A stretch of DNA of 64,000 nucleotides from Octopus sinensis. Its lineage: Eukaryota. A program made the position numbers and the translations under genes. Under the pieces are notes generated by a model, which was given only the letters and a program-made list of their open reading frames with translations, had not been told where the DNA came from and searched no databases. Every line of letters begins with the position of its first letter. Position 1 is the stretch's first letter. Below, piece after piece: positions 1-12,282 of this stretch. Where the stretch lies: contig NC_042998.1 in NCBI RefSeq assembly GCF_006345805.1, positions 68,200,001 to 68,264,000 on the forward strand. The letters run 5' to 3'.

Positions 1-96
1 AACTTTTCTACGACGAATAAACATGTAGAATGCTTGACTGTCCGTGATTATGAAAAGATTCCGCACATCAAAGCATCTTGAAATGGTTAAATCGTG

Positions 97-305
97 CGTG
101 TGTGTATGCGTTTCTGTGTTTGTGTGTGTGTGTGCATGTGTGTGTGTATGTGTGTGTGTCCTTGTTACTGAAGTAAGCTGAGGACAATTTCATGTCGTAA
201 ATTGTGCAGTCAGTTTATAACTGGCGCCATACTGCGAATTCTATACTATATAAGATCATAAATATCTCTTCATTTTCATGTTGTCTTCTTACATACATGC
301 ATACT

Positions 306-373
<68 letters not shown>
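97..373. repeat. (TG)n and (TA)n microsatellites
   Basis: Direct reading; the ORF 204-440 (YIYIYI) is an artefact of this tract. Confidence 0.95.
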
Positions 374-376
<3 letters not shown>

Positions 377-870
377 CTTGAACTATGTGCAAAATCAAAT
401 CCACTCATCCATACAATGTTCACTGCTAATTCAACTTTAGGGTCATGATTTGTGCTACAAGCGATACGACAATTTCTGGTGATCGTTAATTTTGTCAGAT
501 TTTCCCGCCTTCTAACGGTGATCGTACATCAACTAGCATCGAATCAAATACATGTACACAGACAGGAAAAAGCGGAGATGTGTGCAATCAAATGGATTAT
601 TCAATAAATAATTATATACATTCATATACGAAGACCTATATAAAGTCACTCTTATTAATATGGTTGTGTGTGTTTTTGCTGTTCGTGTACAGATCAAGTG
701 AGACTCAAATCACTTTCGCTCACAATTCTTTTCATATTCTGACAGTGACGAAAACGGTAAAAAAATAACCGATTCTTCCTCATTTACAATTAGGAAAGGC
801 TTGGAGGGAATAGTGTACCATTCTTTCCTGATAATTAAAAGACATTGTGGGTGAGAGAATATGCACACAG

Positions 871-904
871 CAACATCATCAACAACAACAACAAAAACAA
901 AAAT

Positions 905-992
<88 letters not shown>

Positions 993-1101
993 TTAATAAT
1001 GACAGCAACGCAAGTAAAATGACAAATATATACTGATGTATTCGCCCATACACACAGATTTAAGTAACCAAATGCATACATATATATATTATACATATAT
1101 A

Positions 1102-1156
<55 letters not shown>

Positions 1157-1190
1157 TATGGAATCATAAATATGCACGCATATATATGGA
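871..1190. repeat. Compound (AAC)n(AAT)n and (TA)n microsatellites
   Basis: Direct reading. Confidence 0.95.
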
Positions 1191-1481
1191 TATATATACG
1201 AGTGTCTGTGTATTTATGTATACATTAATGTTTGTTTTATGCATATGTATGTATATATATACACACAAACACACACATACGTACATATACTCGTATATAT
1301 ATGTGTCTGTATACAAACAGATTTACGTATATTGGTACATAGATATATACGAATATAAGTCGTTTTCAGTTCCCAGTGGTTCGGCCCATCTTTTTTTCAG
1401 TCAATTGATTAAGTTTAGTTGCTTTAAATGCAGCATAATTATTATAAAAATAATATATAATTAAAGTTATTATTTAAAAGG

Positions 1482-1482
<1 letters not shown>

Positions 1483-1547
<65 letters not shown>

Positions 1548-1653
1548 TAATATATATATATTATATATTTATATAATATAAATACATATATACATATATA
1601 CATCTATATATATATACATATATATATTATATATATATTATGTATATATATAT

Positions 1654-1701
<48 letters not shown>

Positions 1702-1705
1702 TATA

Positions 1706-1747
<42 letters not shown>
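1483..1747. repeat. Long interrupted (TA)n
   Basis: Direct reading. Confidence 0.95.
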
Positions 1748-1750
<3 letters not shown>

Positions 1751-1940
1751 TCTAACTTTATTAGAGTTGCTCAACACCTTTAATTAGAGCATTATATCCT
1801 GACAGTAAGTTAAGCTCTTTTCATGAGGCTATCTTTCGAAAGTTTAACGAAGGCCACCAGCCGAAACCTTGTAGTTATTGTCAACTTCCTTTTATACACA
1901 CGCACATGTACATACAAACACACACACACACACACACACC

Positions 1941-2015
<75 letters not shown>

Positions 2016-2834
2016 TATAATATATATATATATAACACACACACATACATACACAAACAGGCACATATATTTCTTAACCCATCATAACTGCCACATACAC
2101 CCTAGAAGAGCTTCGAGAGTTATAAACGGACGAAAGTAGGCACATGTTCTAAGAAGGAGTTCAAGCCCATTAGCAAAAACTTTGTTAAATCCTTTCAGTG
2201 GTATTGAATATAATAAAACATGACACCTGGAAATTCAGAACGATATCCGACATTATTAGTTGGTCACATGGCTCATAACATTAAATGTTAATCATCATAT
2301 CATGTGCATAATTAAGGATCTTCCTTCTCAGTTTTCCTGATTAGGAATTTGTTCCTGTGTCGGCAGGTTGAAAGTGAGTTGTTTGAACTTGCCAAGATTC
2401 GTGGCAAAATGTGAAATTTTATAAAGTACCTTATGAGTACTGGAATTTCTCGAACCATTTCTAAACCTTGGTACTCTGTCCAGAATTTTATTTTCAATAA
2501 AATGTTTACGTGACATCTTCATTTCTCGATTTTCAAACATTACATTTAGAAAAGTGATAGGTTTTATAAGAATCGCTGTGAGGAAGAGAGATATTTTGCG
2601 AAAATACAATTCCGTTCAAAGTTTACCGCATTTTATATACTACATTCAGGTGTGCCAGGAAAGGCAAGCCACATCAAAGTTTTCACCATATGGATCCGAC
2701 AGTAAATACTCGCTACTATATACAAACATACAAACAAACACACGCTCTCATAAACATATGTACATATAGACACGTACAAATGTATACATTTGTACAGACA
2801 TATATATATATATGTAGATATGCATTCATGTATA

Positions 2835-2875
<41 letters not shown>

Positions 2876-3024
2876 ATATGTATGTATGCATTTATGTACA
2901 TAAGCCTACATACATGTATGTATTGTATTTTATAGTTTTTTATAGTTTAGCAAAGACTTCCGCTTTCACTGATACACAAGCTTATCTATGTATATGTGTA
3001 TGACAGAATACACAAACACATACA

Positions 3025-3080
<56 letters not shown>

Positions 3081-3351
3081 ATAAACCTTTATAAGAATTT
3101 ATCAAGCAGTCAGCGTGAAAACCTTATAAGGGAAAACCTTATAAGCGGCTGAATCTATTTTTAAGGGTTGGTTTACAGGTTGCATTCCCTCGCTGTCGGT
3201 ACACTGTATAATTATTATGGTAGTGTTAACTTTAAGATTCCCTCATAGCGTGAGTTAATTACGTGTAGTAATGCCCTTATTATAATATATATATATATTA
3301 TATATATATATATATATAATATATATATATATATAATATATATATATGTAC

Positions 3352-3386
<35 letters not shown>

Positions 3387-3545
3387 AATATAATTCCGGC
3401 TAATGACGTAACGTAATAGGTATGTACAAAAATGCGCGTATTTGTTTTACCACTAGAACTCCGGTTTGAGCTGCAACCATAAAAAGGTAGTGTTGTAGTC
3501 ACCTAATAATGGACAATTCTGACTTGTTCATTCCTCCTTTCTAAC

Positions 3546-3730
3546 ACATTATTTACATTATTTACATTTGACGGGTATTTGTCCTCACCTTGTATGTTGT
3601 TAACAGTCTGATGGACTCTCCAGCCTTCCTCGGGTGTGGTGGGAGAATTTCGAGCCTCGGTTTTCATTGTGTTAACAACAAACAAGATGTAAATAATATA
3701 AATAACGTACATAATTCCTCATCTCTCAAA
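3546..3730. mobile_element. Rearranged short Penelope-like (hammerhead family P1) element, two inverted pieces
   Basis: Minus part matches 22884-23030 (ttatttacatttgacgg...ctccagccttc); plus part gtgttaacaacaaacaagatg...aaatatagaactg matches 23219-23319; the hammerhead GAAAC is deleted. Confidence 0.75.
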
Positions 3731-3765
3731 TATAGAACTGTACTTCTTTCTATATATATATATAT

Positions 3766-3809
<44 letters not shown>

Positions 3810-3984
3810 TAAATGTGTGTGTGTGTATTTAAGCGAGGGCAATTTTGCTAAATCATGATATCTGTAACATACAACTAACTTTACCACTGTAACATATAAT
3901 CTACTTTGGATTTCTGATTATCTTGATCTTTGATTCAAAAATTTAATACATGCATGCGTGTGTACATATGTGGATGCAATCGTA

Positions 3985-3992
3985 TGTATGTG

Positions 3993-4051
<59 letters not shown>

Positions 4052-4247
4052 GCATATATATATATGCATATATATACATTTATATATATACATGTATATA
4101 TATGTACAAAAATATAGCTGTCTGTACATGCTTATATTTGATACATATATTCATACATATATACATTTGTTTGTATATATATATGCTTGTATGTGTGTAT
4201 GACATTTACATATGTATCTATACATCTTCGTGTGTATATATGTGTTG

Positions 4248-4278
<31 letters not shown>

Positions 4279-4657
4279 TTTACATAGAGCAATGTAGATG
4301 TCCAAATATATGTATACATATGACCGTATATATAATATAAATACATATATACATATATATATACATATATAAATGTGTATATTCATATACATACGAATAT
4401 ACGCATACACATGCGCTAGCAGAAACTCACACACATACATGCATGTATACATACATACTTACATACTTACATACACACACATACATACATACATACATAC
4501 ATACATACATACATACATACATACATACATACATACATACATGCATGCATACATACATGCATACATACATACATACATACATACATACATACATACATGC
4601 ATACATACATACATACATACATACATACATACATACATACATACATACATACATACA

Positions 4658-4687
<30 letters not shown>
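3985..4687. repeat. (TA)n then (TACA)n microsatellite block
   Basis: Direct reading; source of the HTYI/MYVC ORFs. Confidence 0.95.
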
Positions 4688-4688
<1 letters not shown>

Positions 4689-5751
4689 GATTAACAGCTA
4701 GTGTGAGACGATGAATGCTTTGAAGGTTGGTACTAGACAAAATAAGTTATCTCAATCTTTTAAAATATTAAAAAATGCAACAATAATATCTGTCTCTATT
4801 AATTGGTTTCCATCAGTCTTCTTTTCCTCTTTTAATAGATATTGATTCATTTTTTCCCATTCTTTCTGTTAAACATGACCCTATAACTCGGATCTTCCAA
4901 AATTGTTGAAATATAAAAATTATAAGTTCACAAGAATTTTCTTTAATAAAAAATAATTAATAAAAAAAAAATAATGGTGAAGCTATCAAAGCTAAAATAT
5001 TTGTATTTACCATTTTGATTTTTCTTTTATCAACTTTTGTTCCATTCTTTCATGTTTTTTGATTGGAAAGTTTCGAGACGGAAGCAGATATTTAAGTGAT
5101 TGCAAAAGATTATTATCCATATACAAACCTGAACACCTAACGTGTCAGCCACCTCGGTTTAACACCGCCACAATCTCGTCTTTAGGTGCGTTTTGTGAAG
5201 TATATACTGTTGCAGTCATTTGAGCTAGTTCTCTGGGCTGACGATAACTTAGCAGTGTTGGAGTCCCTTCGAGAAGGCGGTGGGCACTGTCTTTCCTCCT
5301 GTAACCTCCTGAGAAGAAAATTCATAAAAAGAAAACCTTTTTTTATAAAATAATGTTCATATGTGTATGAGCATTTGTGGTTGAAAGAGAAAAACTGAGA
5401 GAGAAAGAGAATTTGTGTATGTATGTGTCAGAGAGAGAGAGAGAGAGAGAGATTTTACCAACTGCCATGCGATGAAACATAAAAACAAACAAAAATACTG
5501 TGAAAGTGACAATGATGAGGATTTTGATGATGTTGATGATGCTGGTGATGAGGAGGAGGAAGAGAGAAGGGACTTACTCATATCGTAGTTGGAAATGGTT
5601 TGTTGACTTAGGAAATGGTTTGTTGACTTAGGAAAAGGTGGTTTGATGCGATTTAAAAATAAAATGAATAATTATTTACAATACTCTTTTGTGTATTCGT
5701 CATGTGACGTCCCTCATCTGCTGCTGCCCTTGTGACCAATAAATAAATCAC

Positions 5752-5839
<88 letters not shown>

Positions 5840-5889
5840 TTCCTCATCATCATCATCATCATCATTTTATTGTTATCATTATTATTACT

Positions 5890-6075
5890 GCGGTGAGCTG
5901 GCAGAATGGTTAGCACATTGGACGAAATGTTTAATGGCATTTCTTACTTCCCTGCGTTTTGAGTTCAAATTCCGCCGAAGTTAACTTTACCTTCCATGAT
6001 AAGGGAATTGATAAAATAAAACAAGAAATCAAGTACTGCGGTCGATGTACTCAACTAACCCATTCTCCCTAGCAT
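5890..6075 (+). mobile_element. SINE family A, diverged
   Basis: Head gcggtgagctggcagaatggttagc (A box), ttgagttcaaattcc (B box), decayed core. Confidence 0.8.
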
Positions 6076-6115
6076 TGGTTAATATTCGGTGCCATTATTT
6101 ATGTCGTTGACAAGA

Positions 6116-6330
6116 AGGGGAATGGCAGAATCGTTAGAACGCCGGGCGAAATGCTTAGCGATATTTCGTCTGTTGCTACGTTCTGAGTTCAAATTTCGCC
6201 GAGGTCGACTTTGCTTTTATTGTTTCAGGGTCGATAAATTAAGTACCAGTTACGTACTGGGATCGATCTAATCGACTGGCCCCCTCCCCCAAAAGAAATT
6301 CAGGCCTTGTGTCTATAGCGGAAAGGATTA
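6116..6330 (+). mobile_element. SINE family A
   Basis: tggcagaatcgttag, gagttcaaatttc, core gaggtcgactttgc...gggtcgataaattaagtacc, ends in (ATT)n. Confidence 0.9.
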
Positions 6331-6486
6331 TTGTTGTTGTTATTTTAGTTTTCGGTAGTCATGTTTTTATTTTTATTTTCGTATATATGTTATGAGAATT
6401 ATATGTAATTCCAAACACGCTTCGTGGTTCGCTACCTCAACAGCTCCTGTATAGGATCCAGAGGCTAAAGACGTCATTAGGAGGAA

Positions 6487-6531
6487 CTACGTCCGGTTTC
6501 GGTCTCTACTCGTCTACCGTTTTCAACGTGG
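6487..6531 (-). ncRNA. Degenerate minimal hammerhead-like motif (U3:A8 core)
   Basis: Minus strand ccacg TTGAAAA c ggt...acc GAAACCGG A cgtag; U16.1 missing. Confidence 0.3.
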
Positions 6532-7134
6532 CAGCCACCCCTCTTTCGGGGATGTCTTCAGCTCTGGTGTTGAGTGCGTTTTCTCTTTCTCTTTTTTAAT
6601 GTGTTTGTGTATATGTATACTTTTAATGTGTATGTGTGTGCTTAGGGTTCTATTAAAAGTATTCTACGTAATATGTGCGTGCAAACCATACTTGTACTAC
6701 TATATTCTGTGGGTTTCGTACATGCGTAGGCTCTCTACTTTAATTATCCGTAAGTTATTACTTATTGCTATCAGGATTTTTTTTTTGCATTTTTATATAT
6801 ATATCGTACCTACTGGTTATCTCTTTTTCATGATCTTTACATATGGATAATGTCACCAGTTCTCTAACAGATTCAAATACAATACAGACACATTAACATC
6901 TAATTGGTGAGCTACTTTCTTTTATTTCTTTGTATAGTTCTCGATACGTCTACCTGAACGATTAGCCGTGATCTCTCTGCGTGGATTTCAGGATATTATT
7001 GTTTTCTCATTCTTTAAAATATTACCTAGAGTATTTTTATAACGCCTATTTACTGCCTGTAATTCACGAAACTAGCATAAAGTACAAGTTTTTGAAAACT
7101 AACCCGCACAGAGTAATTTCACCATTATTATCAT

Positions 7135-7650
7135 TGAGTGAGAGAGCAGTGCATGCCATCAAAGTAACACTGGGGTACAAATATACTTATCATGACTACC
7201 CGTCTAATAAGAGTATGCCACACACATCACAACCATCTGTGAGCGACATGGTGATCTCATCTTAGGTAAAGGGTGCATTACCTTGCAGGTAGAGCCCAGT
7301 TAGAATTTTCATCAGGTCGAGGAGCCCATCTTACTCAAAAGGTCTCTGAATAACGGTTATTTAAGGATGGACAAACGAAACACCCATATTTCCAAGGATG
7401 AATTATTCAAACCCTCAAAGAATTCCTCTCAACACTTGGCAATGATGCTGCCCCACTACTTCTGCTCATGATCAGAGATGCACATATTGTCAGCCACCAA
7501 GAGACATGCTCAACTGGTTAAGATCAAGCAAGTGACAAATAAATCCGTGGTATTGAGCAGAATATTTGTTGTAACCCATCTTTTATACCAAGACAAAACA
7601 TGTACATGCTAACACTTCCAATCAGTTTAGATGAGAAGCCATGAGAGCCA
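7135..7650 (-). mobile_element. ~550-bp TAA-embedded non-coding element, copy 1
   Basis: Colinear with 17795, 24106, 29859 and 56200 copies (tgagtgagagagcagtgcatgccatcaaag...catgagagcc). Confidence 0.9.
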
Positions 7651-7657
7651 ATGCCAT

Positions 7658-7790
7658 CGAGGTCGACTTTGCCTTTCATCCTTTCGGGGTCGATAATTTA
7701 AGTAGCAGTGAAACACTGGGATCGATGTAATCGACTAGTCCCCTCCCCAAAAATTTCAGGCCGTGTACCTTTAGGGGAGAGGATTATCAT
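7658..7790 (+). mobile_element. SINE family A, 5'-truncated
   Basis: Starts at core gaggtcgactttgcctttcatcctttcggggtcgat. Confidence 0.85.
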
Positions 7791-7792
7791 CA

Positions 7793-7847
<55 letters not shown>

Positions 7848-7859
7848 CATTAATATTAT

Positions 7860-8255
7860 TGCCTTTGCACAGCTTATATGGAGATGTACTACAGTGTCGG
7901 CTGTTCACTACCAGTGAACTAAGGTAACACCTCTTATTTTTCGAGCACTTTCCGGAGTATTCGAGCGGTTCCAAGCAGTTCTGTTTTCTGCAAGTGCTTA
8001 TTGCAGCTCCTATTTGTTCCACTTACTTCGAGATTTTTGCTCACTGTTCTCAGGACTCCGACAATTATTGGTACTACTGCTACCTTTTTCATCGACAACA
8101 ACTGCTTAACTTCCCAAGCTAACCTGCCATATCTCTCGACTTTTCTATTTTTATCGCATACCTTGTTATCAGCTGGGCATTCAGCCATGCTGGTAGTTGC
8201 GTGCTGATACTACCAAGTGCACCAATTACTACTGATATCACGTCTACTCTCTTCA
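7860..8255 (-). mobile_element. R4/Dong-type LINE, RLE endonuclease C-terminus
   Basis: ORF 7934-8188: KVERYGRLAWEVKQL...VVPIIVG...LQKTELLGTARILRKVLE. Confidence 0.85.
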
Positions 8256-8292
8256 TTGACCACATTATTATTGTTGTTGTTGTTGTTGTTGT

Positions 8293-9425
8293 ATTATATT
8301 TGACTTTTGCTTTGTATTTGCACAAATTGACTCCAAGTCTCACCCAGAGACATCAAGAGGCAACAAATTAGAAGTTCAAGTGTGTATTATGCCTAGGTTG
8401 CCATATATTTTTGATTTTGCACATGACTTATCTACGTTACGTTTCGGCTCCATCCGGCAGCTTACGGACGCAACACTTTTCTCAGTACTTCCAATGAAGT
8501 TTGGTATTTGCAACCTCTGATGCGAGAATATTTCTCTCTCTGAGACTGCAATAGGCACCAAATTCATTTCTCAGGTTTTATGGATGCGTCCGACTTTTTC
8601 GACCTGCGTCTTTACAATATTCTGATCTGCAGCTATAGCTACATCGATGAAGGTTCATTCTTTGGACTCCTTCTGTAGGAGAACGATATCTGGTCGGTTA
8701 TTTTGCAGCTTCTTATTTATGTAGATTGAAATATTCCATGTGAGTTTTACCTGGTCATTCTCTGCTCTTGGTAAAGGTTGATGCTCATGACACAACTCCC
8801 AATGCATTCGCACAGCGACTTTGCTATGGCTTTTTGTATACCTTTACAGCCAGTTTTCATCCTCCACTAATTATATATCTGTCTCAGATGATTTTTCACA
8901 TAATCTTCACAACGGTGATATTGCTGGCTTATCAATGGTAAACTTGATTGAGTTGGTTCGCAAAGCTTGTTCTTTTGCAGCAAGAATCAATTTTTCTGTC
9001 TTCTTTTTTTAAAAATAAACATTTCTTAACTGTGGATTTTTCATCAGCTTCATCCGATGTTTGCAGGACAAAACTCTCTGTGTAAAACTTTCTGTTTCCG
9101 GTCAATGATCATTTCTTTCTTAGTCCTTATATTGTATAGCCGGTGGGTCTCTCCAGGGTCACTGATCACCTTCTCTCACAGCGCAATCTGTAAAATTCTT
9201 TCATCACTCTTCCTCCCTTACGCATACAAGGACTTGATCTCCTTCATAACACCCTATTCCAACCAATCCTTTTCCGTCTTCCTTCCGAAGTAAATAAGGC
9301 CTTGCTACATTACTTCTATCATGAAGACATCCATCCATAGCCATTTATCTTCCTAGTTTTTCCGTCCATGTTGACAAGTTCTTCCTTTGTCCATTCCGCA
9401 ACTCCTGCGCAGTAGCGTACCACAC
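8293..9425 (-). mobile_element. R4/Dong-type LINE, decayed RT C-term, CCHC finger, RLE and 3' end
   Basis: Manual minus translation gives GVAEWTKEELVNMDGKTRK, HDRSNVARPYLLRKEDGKGL, QEQALRTNSI, CRLC, NRPDIV; 3' end gggtgagacttggagtc...gtcaaatata. Confidence 0.85.
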
Positions 9426-9427
9426 TT

Positions 9428-9520
9428 ACAGTCCAAGTAGTAGTAGTAATAGTAGTAGTAGTAGTAATAGTAGTAGTAGTAGTAATAGTAGTAGTAGTAG
9501 TAATAGTAGTAGTAGTAGTA

Positions 9521-9603
<83 letters not shown>

Positions 9604-9608
9604 GTAGT
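9428..9608. repeat. (TAG)n microsatellite
   Basis: Direct reading. Confidence 0.95.
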
Positions 9609-9614
9609 AAAGGC

Positions 9615-10205
9615 TAATTCATTTAGCAGGGATTTTATCATGAGGTTTGATGACAACAAGTCTCCTCAAATTTCAAGAGTCTCTTTTGGGATTCTTGCTG
9701 AATATATAGTAGAACTCTTCTGCTGGTTAACAATGCGAGTTTTAAATTTTAGTCTCTTTTAGTCTTTTAGGTAGCATTTTCGGTATTGTGTTAAGATCAT
9801 TCTCTATCCAAATTTCATGTATTTTCTTCTGTATCCTCTTTTGGTTGGCTGGCCTCTATGGTAGCATTCCATTAAGGTTCTATTGTCGTTTGGATTCCAT
9901 TTTCTCCTACTCTTTCTTGCAGTATTTGAGCAACGACCAGACCTATTCTGTTGCGCAGCGAAACACTTGCCGTGCGAAAGACCTTCACTCGGAGTCTCTT
10001 TTCGCAAATTATAAGCTTTTGTACTAGGATGTTAACTAATCGTGGAAGACGCTCAATCCCAAAACACCAATCTCAAAATCCTAGTTGCCCCCAATATAGC
10101 AGTTTTTTTTTCAGCTTGCTCTGGCCACATATCAATTCCAATTTCTCCGACATATTTCTCGAACTCGATTTTAGTGCTCCGAATGCCCCTACATCGAAAG
10201 GGATA
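9615..10205 (-). mobile_element. R4/Dong-type composite: RLE tail and 3'UTR joined to ORF N-terminus
   Basis: VIPFDVGAFGAL...KTAILG tail, then cttataatttgcg, then RRKWNPNDNRTLMECYHRGQPTKRGYRRK. Confidence 0.7.
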
Positions 10206-10217
10206 ACATTATTATTA

Positions 10218-10314
<97 letters not shown>

Positions 10315-10327
10315 CATCATTATTACT

Positions 10328-10765
10328 ATTCTATGTTTGACTTTTGCTTTACATTTGTACAAGTTGACTGCAAGTCTCACCCAGAGACCTCAAGAGACAA
10401 CAAGTTGGAAGTTCATGTTAGTGTTATGCCTAGGGTGCCATATATTTGGTTTTGTACTTAGTGTTGTACTAGTGAATGTCTAAAAAAACATACGAACATT
10501 TTTTTTTTAAACTTGAGATTACATAAAAAGTATTTTGCGTAGGATATGATCAGTTCCCATGAGCACTATCTTTTGAATTTCTGCCATTTTGGGGTTTCCT
10601 GGTATCTGAGTTAGATAGCAAACAGCCCCTTTTGCTATCATTCCCAGGGCACCTTTGACAACAGGTATTGTTTTAGTCTTCAGGTTCCACATTTTGCTGA
10701 TTTCTATTTCAAGATCTTTACATTTGCTCAGTTTTTGGTAGGCCTTGACAGATACGTTTATATCG
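10328..10765 (-). mobile_element. R4/Dong-type LINE 3' fragment (RLE plus 3'UTR)
   Basis: ORF 10519-10824: KAYQKLSKCKDLEIEISKMWNLKTKTIPVVKGALG...IQKIVLMGTDHILRK; (TAA)n on both sides. Confidence 0.9.
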
Positions 10766-10821
<56 letters not shown>

Positions 10822-10863
10822 CATTCAGTAGTTTTATTTTTATAACGTGCTTTCACGTTATAA

Positions 10864-10934
<71 letters not shown>

Positions 10935-10987
10935 CATTCAGTAGTTTTATTTTTATAACGTGCTTTCACGTTATAAATTATTATTGC

Positions 10988-11050
<63 letters not shown>

Positions 11051-11071
11051 CATTATTATTATTATTATTAT

Positions 11072-11282
11072 TTTCTACTCTTGGTACAACGCCCGAAATT
11101 TTGGGGGAGGGGCTTGTTGATTAGATCGACCCCAGTACGCAACAGTTACTTAATTTATTGACCCCGAAAGGATGAAAGGCAAAGTCGACCATGCGGGATT
11201 TGAACTCAGAACGTAGAGACAGATAAAATACTGCTAAGCATTTCGCCCAGTGTTTTAGCGTTTCTGCCAGCTCGCAGCCTTA
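11072..11282 (-). mobile_element. SINE family A
   Basis: Reverse complement of head, B box and core. Confidence 0.9.
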
Positions 11283-11310
11283 AGAAGTAATGATAATAAT
11301 AATAATAGTA

Positions 11311-11376
<66 letters not shown>

Positions 11377-11389
11377 GTTATTATATGTT

Positions 11390-11600
11390 TGACTTTTGCT
11401 TTGTATTTGTACAAGTTGACTCCAAGTCTCACCCAGAGACCTCAAGAGACAACAAGTTAGAAGTTCATGCTGGCGTTATGCCTAGGGTGTCTTATATTTG
11501 GATTTGCACATAATATTGTTAAGGTAACAAGAAATTTATAATTTTGTTTTAGAATGAGATTACATAGACAGTATTTTACGTAGGATATGGGCAGATTATT
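11390..11600 (-). mobile_element. R4/Dong-type 3' end
   Basis: Same 3'UTR as 10328-10520 (gagacctcaagagacaacaagttagaagttc). Confidence 0.85.
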
Positions 11601-11629
11601 ATTATTATTATTACTATTATTATTATTAT

Positions 11630-11669
<40 letters not shown>

Positions 11670-11670
11670 T

Positions 11671-11721
<51 letters not shown>

Positions 11722-11928
11722 TGAAGGCAGCGAACTGGTAGAATCGTTAGCACAACGGACAAAATGCTTAGCGGCATTTCGTCCGTCTTTATATTCAGAG
11801 TGCAAATTCGGCCGCGGTCGACCTTGCCTTTCATCCTTTCAGAGTCGATAAAATAAGTACTAGGATAGCTCGATGTGTTCGGCTATCCTCCAAATTTCAG
11901 GCCTTGTACTTTTAGTAGAAAGGATTAT
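11722..11928 (+). mobile_element. SINE family A
   Basis: aaggcagcgaactggtagaatcgttagc; core gtcgaccttgcctttcatcctttc. Confidence 0.85.
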
Positions 11929-11937
11929 ATCATCATC

Positions 11938-11990
<53 letters not shown>

Positions 11991-12246
11991 CATTATCTAC
12001 TTTTAATCTGCATGTTTGCTACAGTCACTTAGCGAGACGCACCCAGCGTCCTAGGGCGAATGAAAGGTAAGAGATGTTACAGTATGACCTGAAAGCTTGG
12101 GGAGGGGATGAGACAGTAGCGAAACATCTTCATGTAATACAGGACACATTTAAATTGATAAGGTCTTTCTAAGGATGTGGGCAGTACTTGTCAGCACAAA
12201 CTTTTGGAATTCCCTGTGACATGGTTTTCCTGGGATATTATTATCA

Positions 12247-12282
<36 letters not shown>

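Noticed and set aside
178-215. CTGAGGA followed by a 5-bp stem (caatt/aattg)
   Set aside because: No GAAA follows the stem, so it is not a hammerhead.
1815-1875. TTCATGA GGCT...AGCC GAAAC in a TA-flanked island
   Set aside because: It has two non-compensatory core changes and no stem I or stem III; possibly a relic but unsupported.
2312-2609. Non-repetitive minus-strand ORFs
   Set aside because: No recognisable motif and no convincing splice signals.
5235-5268. ggg CTGACGA taac...gttg GA GTC cct
   Set aside because: The AAAC of the core is absent; too degenerate to call.
5591-5630. 20-bp tandem duplication ggaaatggtttgttgactta
   Set aside because: Ordinary local slippage with two units only.
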